From IMG/VR virus record IMGVR_UViG_3300029220_000010: DNA of 54,538 bases; one strand, 5' to 3'. The notes under the pieces are model-generated. The model worked only from the letters and a program-made list of their open reading frames with translations. It did no database searches and had not been told where the DNA came from. This DNA is from a virus. Below, one piece after another: positions 16,497 to 25,411 of this stretch. The position numbers were made by a program, and so were the translations under genes. How positions within the stretch are numbered: position 1 is the first letter of the stretch; every line of letters begins with the position of its first letter.

Positions 16497-17885
16497 ATGG
16501 GAATTATAGACAAGATAAAGGCGGTGTGGGATAAAGTGTTTAGAGTAAACGATGCAAAAAAAATATTCGGAATAGAAACGGGACGGTCATCTGATATGGA
16601 TACGGCCTTAGAAAAGTACAAAAGTATGAGATCTGGTATTCCGTATTGGTGTACCGGTAGGATAAAGCCGACAAGGTTTTCGAACGTAATTTGCCGTGAG
16701 ATAGCGAACCTCACACTGTTCAATGCAGATATACAGATTACAGGGAATGATGAACTACAAAAGAGATTTGACAGCGTAATGAACACATTACAGGAGAAAC
16801 AAGAGGAAAGCTGTGCGACCTGTGGAATGATGGTCAAGAGCAATGGTGACGATGTGGAGTTTTTGGATCCGGATTACTTTCTGATTACAGACACCAACAC
16901 GGACGGGGATGCGTTAGCAGCTATCTTTTTCTCATACCTCAAAAAAAATGACAAATACTACACAAAAGCAGAGTACCACAGATTTGAGGATGTCGGACTG
17001 GAACGTGTATACCATATATCCAGTAAGGCTTTTAAATCAGATAACAAAGATATGATTGGTACAGAGATCACACTTGACAGGGTAGATGAATGGAAAGACA
17101 TTGAGCCGGAAGTGTACGTGCATGGACTGGAATATCCACTGTTTGTCTACTGGAGAAATCCTTACGCAAATGCAGTCGATAAAGAATCTTCGCTGACTGT
17201 CCCGGCATTTTCAGAATGCATCGAGGAATTGAGATGGCTCGACATTGCATTAAACATGATGGGGGATGAAACAGAAGATAGTAGGCATATTACTTACGTA
17301 CCGCAGACAGCTATTGAATATGCAGACAAACACTCTATTGAATTGCCAAGATTCATTCAGGGGATCGAAATGGGAGTAAACGAAGACGGCATCAAAGAGC
17401 ACGTTCCAACGTTATTAGTAACTGAGCGTGTGGCTGGGATAAACTTCATGCTGTCCATCATCGGGTATAAATGCGGATTCTCAAATGGATATTTCTCTTT
17501 CGATCAGAACCAAGGCATACAGACAGCAACCCAGGTAGAATCTGACGATAGACGTACACTGCATACTATCCAGTCATTCCGAAACATTTTGGACGGAAAG
17601 AACCATGATGGAGTACTTCACAGAATCATCTACATCCTGTATGCAGTCGGCACAGCAAACGGCACTATTCCGGTATCCAACTACCAAACTGCATGTGATT
17701 TTGAAGACCTAGTATACAACTTAGAAGATGATCGTGCACGGTGGTGGAACTATGTGGTACAGGGAAAGGTTCCGGCATGGATGTATTTTGTGAAATTCGA
17801 GGGAATGACCGAAAGCGAAGCGAAAGCAATGATTGAAGAAGCACAGGAACAGAATAAGCCGGACAGTGGATTGTACGAAGAATAG
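16497..17885 (+). CDS. Portal protein
   Basis: 462 aa immediately after terL; position and size are typical of a portal. Confidence 0.8.
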   Translation: MGIIDKIKAVWDKVFRVNDAKKIFGIETGRSSDMDTALEKYKSMRSGIPYWCTGRIKPTRFSNVICREIANLTLFNADIQITGNDELQKRFDSVMNTLQEKQEESCATCGMMVKSNGDDVEFLDPDYFLITDTNTDGDALAAIFFSYLKKNDKYYTKAEYHRFEDVGLERVYHISSKAFKSDNKDMIGTEITLDRVDEWKDIEPEVYVHGLEYPLFVYWRNPYANAVDKESSLTVPAFSECIEELRWLDIALNMMGDETEDSRHITYVPQTAIEYADKHSIELPRFIQGIEMGVNEDGIKEHVPTLLVTERVAGINFMLSIIGYKCGFSNGYFSFDQNQGIQTATQVESDDRRTLHTIQSFRNILDGKNHDGVLHRIIYILYAVGTANGTIPVSNYQTACDFEDLVYNLEDDRARWWNYVVQGKVPAWMYFVKFEGMTESEAKAMIEEAQEQNKPDSGLYEE

Positions 17886-17902
17886 GAAAGAGGTGAACCA
17901 AA

Positions 17903-19234
17903 ATGGAATATCTTATCATAGACCCATCAACAAGAAAAATTACAATCCCCAAAAGTGAACAACTTTTTGGAGTGTACGGAGAGGGCAATATAGAGAGAAA
18001 ACATTTCAAATGTCCGAAAATCGTAGGAGATAATGTCGACCTGTCTGACTGTTACATTTTCGTAAATTACTATACTGTAAAAGGATTGCCAGGGAAATAT
18101 ACCGTAAAAGATGTGAATGTAGACGGGGAGAATATCACTTTTTCGTGGGAGCTAAAGCAACACATCTTTGACGCAAACGAGGATACATCTATATATTTTG
18201 CGGTAGAAGCGAAAAGCAAAGATAAAGTAGAAGTGTTCAGAACCAGCCCGGCTACCGGAAAGACCAAAGAGACGATAGACACGGATAAAGAGATTGAAGA
18301 GACTCACGCCGATGTCATTCTTGACCTTATATCCAGAGTAGACACATTGGAGAAAGAACCTATTTCCGAGGAGAAGATTGAGAAATCTGTAAAAAGCTAT
18401 CTGGAAAAGAATCCTATAGAAGAAACGGATCCAACGGTACCAGCATGGGCAAAAGAGAAAGAAAAACCTACTTATACCGCAGAAGAAGTCGGAGCACTTC
18501 CGAGTACGACCGTGATTCCATCGAAACTTTCAGAACTGACAGCGGACGATGAACACGAAACTGTGACAAAGGAAGAGAAACAAGCTTGGAACGCAAAGAG
18601 TGACTTTTCAGGAGAATATAGAGATTTACAGGGAAAACCAGAACTTGCGGAATGGGCGTTGCAAAGCAAGAAGCCGACATATACAGCAAGCGAAGTAGGA
18701 GCACTGCCGGATACAACGGAAATTCCAAAAAATCTATCTGACCTAAAAGAAGATGCAGAACACAGAACCGTTACTGACACTGAGAAACAGAGTTGGAACA
18801 ATAAGAGTGATTTTTCCGGCAATTATGAAGACTTACAGGGAAAGCCAACAATCCCTACAGTACCAACCAAACTTCCCAACCCACAATCCTTAACAATCAC
18901 ATATGGCGGTAAAGAGTACACTTATGATGGCTCAGAAGCACTTGCCATCACAATCGAGACAGGTGGTATAGAGCGTATCGAGAAGCTGTCTACAGATACC
19001 ACAGTAACGCTCGAACCTAACAAGCTTTACGTATTTCCAGAAATGGAGTCACTTGCTTACACCATAAAGGGAACAGGAGAGGTGCATTTCATCTTTCGTT
19101 CTGGCTCTACAGCCACAAGGGTGGTACATCCATCCAATGTCAATATCGGCAATTTTTCGGTCGACGCGAACAAGGTATATGAGGTGTCAATTTTAGAGGG
19201 ATTACTTACATCCAAGAATTGGAGTGTGAGCTGA
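17903..19234 (+). CDS. Fibre-like structural protein with KPTYTA(E/S)EVGALP repeats
   Basis: Two 69-aa repeats contain the KPTYTAxEVGA motif common in phage tail fibres. Confidence 0.6.
   Translation: MEYLIIDPSTRKITIPKSEQLFGVYGEGNIERKHFKCPKIVGDNVDLSDCYIFVNYYTVKGLPGKYTVKDVNVDGENITFSWELKQHIFDANEDTSIYFAVEAKSKDKVEVFRTSPATGKTKETIDTDKEIEETHADVILDLISRVDTLEKEPISEEKIEKSVKSYLEKNPIEETDPTVPAWAKEKEKPTYTAEEVGALPSTTVIPSKLSELTADDEHETVTKEEKQAWNAKSDFSGEYRDLQGKPELAEWALQSKKPTYTASEVGALPDTTEIPKNLSDLKEDAEHRTVTDTEKQSWNNKSDFSGNYEDLQGKPTIPTVPTKLPNPQSLTITYGGKEYTYDGSEALAITIETGGIERIEKLSTDTTVTLEPNKLYVFPEMESLAYTIKGTGEVHFIFRSGSTATRVVHPSNVNIGNFSVDANKVYEVSILEGLLTSKNWSVS
18434..18847 (+). repeat. Tandem duplication of a 69-codon module inside CDS 17903-19234
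   Basis: TVPAWAKEKEKPTYTAEEVGALP...RDLQGKP aligns with ELAEWALQSKKPTYTASEVGALP...EDLQGKP. Confidence 0.8.
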
Positions 19235-19235
19235 T

Positions 19236-19625
19236 ATGTTAAGACGGAGAACATTAGGAAATAAAGAAGAAACAAGCGAATGGCTCTATGAAGCTTACCT
19301 TACCGATACCGGAGCTTGGTATGGTAAGCGGTGTCCGGCTATTGTATTCGATGTAAAACGAGGAGAACAGTATTATATCGAATGGAGTAATGTTAGGACG
19401 GTGAGTAAATATTTCTACGATATGCGCAAATGTGGCGGCTCGTATATGTTATACGGAACTAAAACAGGAGATGTAGAATTATCAGTAGCAACAGGAAGCT
19501 TAGAAATAACTATTCCTGCCGATGGAACATTGTATGTCGGGGTTGGAAGTAATAGTAACCTAAAACACGGAGAAATCAACGCACCATGCTTTGATGGAGA
19601 TTGGATAAAAGTTAGAAAGGAGTGA
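19236..19625 (+). CDS. Hypothetical protein
   Basis: 129-aa ORF; ATG overlaps the upstream TGA. Confidence 0.55.
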   Translation: MLRRRTLGNKEETSEWLYEAYLTDTGAWYGKRCPAIVFDVKRGEQYYIEWSNVRTVSKYFYDMRKCGGSYMLYGTKTGDVELSVATGSLEITIPADGTLYVGVGSNSNLKHGEINAPCFDGDWIKVRKE

Positions 19626-19631
19626 TAACAA

Positions 19632-19925
19632 ATGTACGCAAAATTAGAAAACGGATTCTTGCACAGTGCACCCAAGACGATAACACTGGATGGCAAGACA
19701 ATAAACAATCCACTGCCGGAAGAGTTAGAGCAGATAGGCTACAAGCCTGTAGTGTACGTAGATATGCCTACGGAAGTAACAGAGGGCAAACACTGGGAAT
19801 CCAGTTGGAAAGAGGAAGAGAATGCGATTAGGCAGGTATGGAAACTGGTAGATGATCCAGTCTATCCAGAGCCAGACTTAAGTGCAGAAGAAGCACTCAA
19901 TATTATAATGGGGGTGGTACAGTGA
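19632..19925 (+). CDS. Hypothetical protein
   Basis: 97-aa ORF; AAAGGAG upstream. Confidence 0.55.
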   Translation: MYAKLENGFLHSAPKTITLDGKTINNPLPEELEQIGYKPVVYVDMPTEVTEGKHWESSWKEEENAIRQVWKLVDDPVYPEPDLSAEEALNIIMGVVQ

Positions 19926-20314
19926 CGAGGGAACAAGCAGAACAGTTAAGAGGACTGCTAGAGAACCAGACAGCCACGATGACTGATGAACAGATTGTTA
20001 AGTATCCGGCGTTCGTGGAGAAATGGGAGTCTGGCAAGGCATATGTAGTTGGTAAGCGGTTGGAATACAATGGTACTATCTACAAGGTATTACAAGCCCA
20101 TACAAGCCAAGAGACATGGACACCGCCGGATGCGCCGTCTTTGTTCGCCAAGGTACTTATTCCGGATGAAAATGTTATCCCGGAGTGGGAACAACCAGGC
20201 AGCACGAATCCATATGCCAAGGGCGACAAGGTTACGCACAACGGCAAGACATGGCAGAGCACCACGGATAACAACGTCTGGGAACCAGGCGTGTATGGAT
20301 GGGAAGAGATATAA
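19922..20314 (+). CDS. Protein with two CBM5/12-like carbohydrate-binding repeats
   Basis: YVVGKRLEYNGTIYKVLQAHTSQETWTP and YAKGDKVTHNGKTWQSTTDNNVWEPG. Confidence 0.55.
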   Translation: MTREQAEQLRGLLENQTATMTDEQIVKYPAFVEKWESGKAYVVGKRLEYNGTIYKVLQAHTSQETWTPPDAPSLFAKVLIPDENVIPEWEQPGSTNPYAKGDKVTHNGKTWQSTTDNNVWEPGVYGWEEI

Positions 20315-20369
20315 GGGGACACGTCAATCGGAAAGATAAATGATAATGTCTGTAAAGGAGGACTAAAAA

Positions 20370-20663
20370 ATGGAACAGATTATAAATTATGTAAAACCAG
20401 AATTGGTGGTAGTATCTATTGCGCTGTATTTTATCGGTATGTGGTTAAAGAATTCACAGAGGATTAAGGATAAGGACATCCCGCTGATTCTTGGCAGTAT
20501 TGGAATTACCATTTGCGGAATGTATGTGATTGCAACTTGTGATCTGTCTGGAATGCAGAATATTTTTATGGCACTGTTTACGGCTATCGTACAGGGAATT
20601 CTTGTAGCCGGACTTAGTACATACGTCAATCAGATTATTAAGCAGATTGGAAAGGATGAATAA
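20370..20663 (+). CDS. Holin-like protein, three TM segments
   Basis: INYVKPELVVVSIALYFIGMWLKNSQRIKDKDIPLILG resembles Hol44/phage_holin_5-type holins; AAGGAGGA SD. Confidence 0.6.
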   Translation: MEQIINYVKPELVVVSIALYFIGMWLKNSQRIKDKDIPLILGSIGITICGMYVIATCDLSGMQNIFMALFTAIVQGILVAGLSTYVNQIIKQIGKDE

Positions 20664-20665
20664 GC

Positions 20666-20749
20666 ATGGCAACAAGTACTATTAATATTATTGTTATTTG
20701 CGTTTTTCTGCTTCTGATAACGAAGATTCCAAACAGAAAGGATAAATAA
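20666..20749 (+). CDS. Micro-ORF encoding a 27-aa hydrophobic peptide
   Basis: MATSTINIIVICVFLLLITKIPNRKDK; its stop overlaps the next ATG (TAATG). Confidence 0.35.
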   Translation: MATSTINIIVICVFLLLITKIPNRKDK

Positions 20750-21981
20750 TGCTTACACCGGAATATCTCTTTCGTGTGACCGAGGGGGCTGAAAAGATAT
20801 CTTCTGATATGCATCGGAACATCATGGACATGATCGTTGAGCGCATAATGGTACGTATAGGACGTGGGGAAGATTATCTCCTTACGGCTACAGACAGGTG
20901 GCAGATACAGGTGTTACAGGAATCCGGCTACTTATTGGAAGACATACAAAAAGAGATTGCTGACAAAACGAAGAAGCAAGAGCGAGAACTTAAAAGCGCA
21001 TTTGAAGAAGCCGGAATAAAAGCTATCGAGAGAGACGATGCGATATATAGGGCGGTAGGACTATCACCTACGCCCTTATTGCAATCTCCGGCATTGCTCA
21101 GGATACTGGAAAGAGATTATAACGCTACGTGTGGAGAATGGAGAAACCTTACACGAACAACGGCAGATGAAGCACAGAAGTTGTTTCTGAAAGAGGTCGA
21201 CACCGCTTACCGCATGGCATCAAGCGGTGCTGTATCATATACACAAGCCGTCAGAAATGCTGTTGACAGGATGATAAAGCAAGGTGTTAAAGTGTCGTAT
21301 CCGTCCGGTAGAGAAATGAGCATAGAATCAGCCACAATGATGACTGTCCGCACAGGGATAAGCCAGTGCGCCGGAGCAATCGCACTAAAACGAATGGAAG
21401 AATTAGAATGGGATACCATCTTAGTATCTGCACATGTGGGCGCACGAATTGGTGATGGTGGCAACAATCCAACGAACCACTTTTGGTGGCAAGGAAAATT
21501 CTATTCCCGGACAGGCAAAGACAAAAGATTTTCGGACTTCCGAACATCAACAGGATACGGAACGGTGACAGGGTTGTGTGGCGTGAACTGTCGACACTCT
21601 TTCGGATCCGGTGACGGTGAAAACAATCCGTATGCAGATATCAATCTGTCGAGTGAAGAAAATATCAAAGCGGAAGAGCGTGCGAAAAAGCAACGGCTTA
21701 TGGAAAGACGCATTCGCAACAGCAAGAGAGAGATTCAGAATTTGCAGACTGCTATAGATGCAAGCGGAGATGATAAGCTTAAATTCGAATTGCAACAGAT
21801 GTACGACCGAAAATCAGCGGTGCTGAGACGGCAGAACAAGCAATACCGTGAGTTCTGCAAAGATAATAACCTTAAAGAATATTCGGAACGTTTACGGGTA
21901 GCACAGTGGGATAGGTCACAGGCTGTGAGATCAGCAAAAGCAGCACAGAGATATCTTAATGCGAAAGGTGATGTAAAATGA
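20749..21981 (+). CDS. Minor capsid / head morphogenesis protein (SPP1 gp7-like)
   Basis: N-terminus MLTPEYLFRVTEGAEKISSDMHRNIMDMIVERI and ...GLCGVNCRHSF are typical of phage minor capsid protein 2 / Mu F-like families. Confidence 0.75.
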   Translation: MLTPEYLFRVTEGAEKISSDMHRNIMDMIVERIMVRIGRGEDYLLTATDRWQIQVLQESGYLLEDIQKEIADKTKKQERELKSAFEEAGIKAIERDDAIYRAVGLSPTPLLQSPALLRILERDYNATCGEWRNLTRTTADEAQKLFLKEVDTAYRMASSGAVSYTQAVRNAVDRMIKQGVKVSYPSGREMSIESATMMTVRTGISQCAGAIALKRMEELEWDTILVSAHVGARIGDGGNNPTNHFWWQGKFYSRTGKDKRFSDFRTSTGYGTVTGLCGVNCRHSFGSGDGENNPYADINLSSEENIKAEERAKKQRLMERRIRNSKREIQNLQTAIDASGDDKLKFELQQMYDRKSAVLRRQNKQYREFCKDNNLKEYSERLRVAQWDRSQAVRSAKAAQRYLNAKGDVK

Positions 21982-22250
21982 GTGGATTGACAAGAATGGC
22001 AAAAATGTGCAGAGAGTGTCCGTTTAAGGACAAGTGCAAGAATAAGCGGTTACAGAAAGAAGCGTATCTTACGCCTAATATCTCACCAATTATTGAAGAT
22101 ATGGCATCACCTGTATTAAATGCTCATGATTACAGAAATGTAAAGGTTGCAGAAAACACGACAATCACTATTGATGTAGAGGAACTGAAAGAGAGAATGC
22201 GAAAAGAGATATACAGGCAAGCCGGAATCGGATTGAATTATGGAGCGTAA
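21978..22250 (+). CDS. Hypothetical protein
   Basis: 90-aa ORF with an ATGA overlap to the upstream gene. Confidence 0.5.
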   Translation: MSGLTRMAKMCRECPFKDKCKNKRLQKEAYLTPNISPIIEDMASPVLNAHDYRNVKVAENTTITIDVEELKERMRKEIYRQAGIGLNYGA

Positions 22251-22253
22251 CAC

Positions 22254-22613
22254 ATGGAACTAATAACACAGATACTTGCTATATGCGGTGCTATATCGGT
22301 TGTCGGCGGTGCTATTGCGGTGCTTTCCGGGTGGTACAAATCATGGAAAGCACCAAAAGAAAAACAGGACAACCGTATAGAACAGATTGAAAAGCGAATA
22401 ACGAATATTGAAACATCTATCACAGGGATTAATCAGAAACTTGATAACGATTATAAGAACATAAGGAATACGAGGGATGATATGAATCTATTAATGAGAA
22501 GTATGTTTAATTTGATCGAAAACAAAATCACAGGAAATAACATTGAGGGTTTAAAAAAAACTCGGGAAGAGCTTGTAAATGCTATGACGGACAAGAAACC
22601 AAAGGAATTATGA
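22254..22613 (+). CDS. N-terminally anchored membrane coiled-coil protein
   Basis: TM segment ILAICGAISVVGGAIAVLSGW followed by heptad-like sequence. Confidence 0.55.
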   Translation: MELITQILAICGAISVVGGAIAVLSGWYKSWKAPKEKQDNRIEQIEKRITNIETSITGINQKLDNDYKNIRNTRDDMNLLMRSMFNLIENKITGNNIEGLKKTREELVNAMTDKKPKEL

Positions 22614-22810
22614 AAATATACTCTTTTACACGACCAGAACTTGACTATTTTGAGTTAGAATGCAACTTCACATCGGATGAATTGAAACTGTTCCGGCTCC
22701 GTGCTAAAGCTATGCCTTTAGAGGACTGTGCGGAAGAAATGAATGTGAGTGTGTCTACGGTCAAAAGATTGAGTAGAAGAGTAAATGATAAGATTGAAAG
22801 GGTGGTATAG
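22610..22810 (+). CDS. Small sigma-70 region-4-like HTH protein
   Basis: DELKLFRLRAKAMPLEDCAEEMNVSVSTVKRLSRRVNDKI. Confidence 0.5.
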   Translation: MKIYSFTRPELDYFELECNFTSDELKLFRLRAKAMPLEDCAEEMNVSVSTVKRLSRRVNDKIERVV

Positions 22811-22812
22811 GT

Positions 22813-23151
22813 ATGTGGCTTGAAGATGTAAAACCTTGTAAAGCGTACATCGAAGCAACTGGTCAAGAAGTATCGGGCGTACTTGGGTTTGGTGAAATAA
22901 GTTTTAACGCTGGTTGGATTATTGACGAAAAAGGAAGAAAGAAATATAAGTATGGACATATAGTGTATATTCCTGTTTTTGAAACTGCTGAATTTGTAAA
23001 ACCTTTTGTGGATTTTTCGAATGTCCATACAGAAAAAATAGATTTCCAAGCACATTACGGATCAAGTTCTGGAACTAATACATTTCGTTTAGTTGGAACA
23101 AAACAAATATCTGAAGAAGAGCACAATAAAATAACAGGTGCAAAGAGGTGA
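22813..23151 (+). CDS. Hypothetical protein
   Basis: 112-aa ORF. Confidence 0.5.
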   Translation: MWLEDVKPCKAYIEATGQEVSGVLGFGEISFNAGWIIDEKGRKKYKYGHIVYIPVFETAEFVKPFVDFSNVHTEKIDFQAHYGSSSGTNTFRLVGTKQISEEEHNKITGAKR

Positions 23152-23155
23152 TTAT

Positions 23156-23617
23156 ATGATTCCTAAGATTTTTAAAATAAGTGGATATCTCATAGACCCG
23201 ACAGGCAGACTTGAACCACACCACATTAAGGCGAAAATGCTTTATGGCTGTGGATTTCCGCTTGTAGGACAGCACATTCACGTACAGAAAGCAGAGATTA
23301 AGAAGCTGGACGAAAAGCATCCGCTTATGAGAGAGAACTGTGATTTGGCAGAATGCGAGAAGTATTTCACTGACGAACCGCCGACAGTGAGCAATAGAAA
23401 AGTTGAACCCGGACAGGTGTACAGACACTTCAAGGGCGAAACAGTGAAAGTCCTGTATATTGCACAGGATAGCGAAATGCCGGGACAGTTCAAGGTAGTT
23501 TATGAATGCTCTAATGGCGTGTGGTGCAGACCTTACGGAATGTTTGTTAGCGAGGTAGACAGGAAGAAATACCCGGATGTGAAGCAGAAGTACAGATTTG
23601 AGTTAGTGGAGGAATAA
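23156..23617 (+). CDS. Protein with C-terminal DUF1653-like domain
   Basis: GAGGTG SD; contains GQVYRHFKGETVKVLYIAQDSE...VVYECSNGVWCRPYGMF. Confidence 0.55.
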   Translation: MIPKIFKISGYLIDPTGRLEPHHIKAKMLYGCGFPLVGQHIHVQKAEIKKLDEKHPLMRENCDLAECEKYFTDEPPTVSNRKVEPGQVYRHFKGETVKVLYIAQDSEMPGQFKVVYECSNGVWCRPYGMFVSEVDRKKYPDVKQKYRFELVEE

Positions 23618-23619
23618 TT

Positions 23620-24282
23620 ATGATTTTTAAAGAAGCGTTTGAATTAATGAAACAGGGTGCGAAAGTAAAATTGCCTGGATGGAATGGTTACTGGTGTTGG
23701 GATAATGATAAGCAGACGATTATGATTCATTGCAGACCAAAGGATTCCGACAAAGGACAGGGAGAAATTCTTGATATCCGTGAAACGCAGAGAGTGGAAT
23801 ATACTTTCATGCACACACAGAGAGACGATTGGATGGTTGCTGATGAAGAAAATTGCGGTATTCTCGGTGGTCAGTCAACATTTGGATTCGGTGATGCTAT
23901 CCGTTATCTGAAAAGAGGGCTTAAAGTGGCTCGTAAAGGTTGGAATGGTAAAGGAATCTATCTGGAAATGTATTCGCCAGAAGTCAATCTTGAAACTATT
24001 GCAGAAGCAGTGCATAACGCATGGTGGGAAGAAAAGAAAAAACAGGGAGTTACAGATCACCCGGATATGATTCCGTATTCTGAACTGAGTGAAGAAGTGA
24101 AAGAATACGACAGAGTTACAGCAAGAACAACTATTGAAGCATTCAATTATATGACGCATTCGTTCATATATATCAACACTACTGGATTACAGACAGAAAA
24201 TCCTTATGCGCCTAAAAATAAAGTGCCGTGGACACCGTCTCAGACTGATATGCTTGCAGAAGATTGGATGTTTGTGGAATAG
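23620..24282 (+). CDS. Tandem DUF2829 (Tad2-family) protein with an RyR-domain insertion in the second copy
   Basis: Copy 1: MIFKEAFELMKQGAKVKLPGWNGYW...RDDWMV. Copy 2: FGDAIRYLKRGLKVARKGWNGKGIYLEM...WTPSQTDMLAEDWMFVE. Insert: AEAVHNAWWEEKKKQGVTDHPDMIPYSELSEEVKEYDR. Confidence 0.6.
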   Translation: MIFKEAFELMKQGAKVKLPGWNGYWCWDNDKQTIMIHCRPKDSDKGQGEILDIRETQRVEYTFMHTQRDDWMVADEENCGILGGQSTFGFGDAIRYLKRGLKVARKGWNGKGIYLEMYSPEVNLETIAEAVHNAWWEEKKKQGVTDHPDMIPYSELSEEVKEYDRVTARTTIEAFNYMTHSFIYINTTGLQTENPYAPKNKVPWTPSQTDMLAEDWMFVE

Positions 24283-24293
24283 GAGGATTAATC

Positions 24294-24584
24294 ATGATTA
24301 TCACAGGAATGAATCACTTTCAGAGCGTATGTAAAAAGAAACTTGTTGAATGGTACAACAAGAGCGACAAACCTCACAAGGGACCTAATGATGTTCAAAC
24401 AATTGACTTAAGCAATGTATTTATTGTATGGAGTTGCAAAACTTTACAGAACTATAAATGCCTTGCTTCAACTGACATCAGTGGTGACGGAATCTATGCA
24501 GAGTACACATACAACGGGGATAAACAGGAGTTGTACGAAGATGTGTACGGAAAGATTACGAACACCCGTTATACAGAAGAATAA
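24294..24584 (+). CDS. Conserved phage hypothetical protein
   Basis: AGGAGGA SD then ATG 24294; contains VFIVWSCKTLQNYKCLASTD...YTYNGDKQELYEDVY. Confidence 0.55.
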   Translation: MIITGMNHFQSVCKKKLVEWYNKSDKPHKGPNDVQTIDLSNVFIVWSCKTLQNYKCLASTDISGDGIYAEYTYNGDKQELYEDVYGKITNTRYTEE

Positions 24585-24596
24585 GTGATACTTTTT

Positions 24597-24631
24597 AGAG
24601 ACTTTAACGAACTGTTAAGGTCTCTTTTTTA
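24597..24631 (+). terminator. Rho-independent terminator
   Basis: AGAGACTTTAAC pairs with GTTAAGGTCTCT, then TTTTTT. Confidence 0.75.
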
Positions 24632-24686
24632 TGCGTAAAATAAAAGCATAGAGAACAAGAAATACTAATTTACAGGAGGTATGAGT

Positions 24687-25112
24687 ATGAATCCATATAT
24701 GCCATATACACCGTACATGCCACAGGATGCTTATATGCAAGACCAGATGGCATTACGACAACGGATAGACAACTTATCACAGGCTCAACAGCAATACAAG
24801 GCACAGCCACAGCCGAACGTGAACTGGATACAGGTAGCCGGAATTGATGGGGCAAGAAATCAGATTGTACAGCCTGGAACAACGGCTTGGATGATGGATA
24901 ACAATGCACCGTACTTCTATGTGAAATCTGTAGACGGTGTGGGAAGTGTGACGTTTAAGGCTTTTGAATTCCACGAGGTACAGGCGAACAATCCACAACC
25001 TGTAGCGGAAAACATGGACGCTAAGTACGTGACAAGAGAAGAATTCAATAAATTACTGGATACATTGAAACCTCAGCCGGAAGAACAGAAAGGGGAGCTG
25101 ACGCATGAGTAA
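24687..25112 (+). CDS. P/Y/M/Q-rich N-terminus protein, unknown function
   Basis: AGGAGGT SD 6 nt before ATG 24687; MNPYMPYTPYMPQDAYMQDQM...QAQQQYKAQPQP followed by a globular part. Confidence 0.55.
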   Translation: MNPYMPYTPYMPQDAYMQDQMALRQRIDNLSQAQQQYKAQPQPNVNWIQVAGIDGARNQIVQPGTTAWMMDNNAPYFYVKSVDGVGSVTFKAFEFHEVQANNPQPVAENMDAKYVTREEFNKLLDTLKPQPEEQKGELTHE

Positions 25113-25359
25113 TCCGTTAATGGGAATGATGGGCGGTATGCCGGGTGGCAACAGTCCATTCGGAATGATTCAAAGAATGATGGGGATGATGCAAAATACG
25201 CAGAATCCCGGAGCAATGTTGCAGAATATGGCGCAGAGCAACCCGAACATAAAAAAGGCTATGGATATGTGCCAAGGAAGAAACCCGAAAGATGTATTTA
25301 TGGAGATGTGCCAACAAAATGGCATGAATCCAAACGACATTATTAATAAAATAAAGTGA
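25105..25359 (+). CDS. Met/Gly/Gln/Asn-rich small protein
   Basis: MSNPLMGMMGGMPGGNSPFGMIQRMMGMMQNTQNPGAMLQNMAQSNPN... Confidence 0.55.
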   Translation: MSNPLMGMMGGMPGGNSPFGMIQRMMGMMQNTQNPGAMLQNMAQSNPNIKKAMDMCQGRNPKDVFMEMCQQNGMNPNDIINKIK

Positions 25360-25411
25360 TATCCGGACGGAGTGCACACGTCTTGATAAATAAAAGAAAA
25401 GGAGAACCAAC

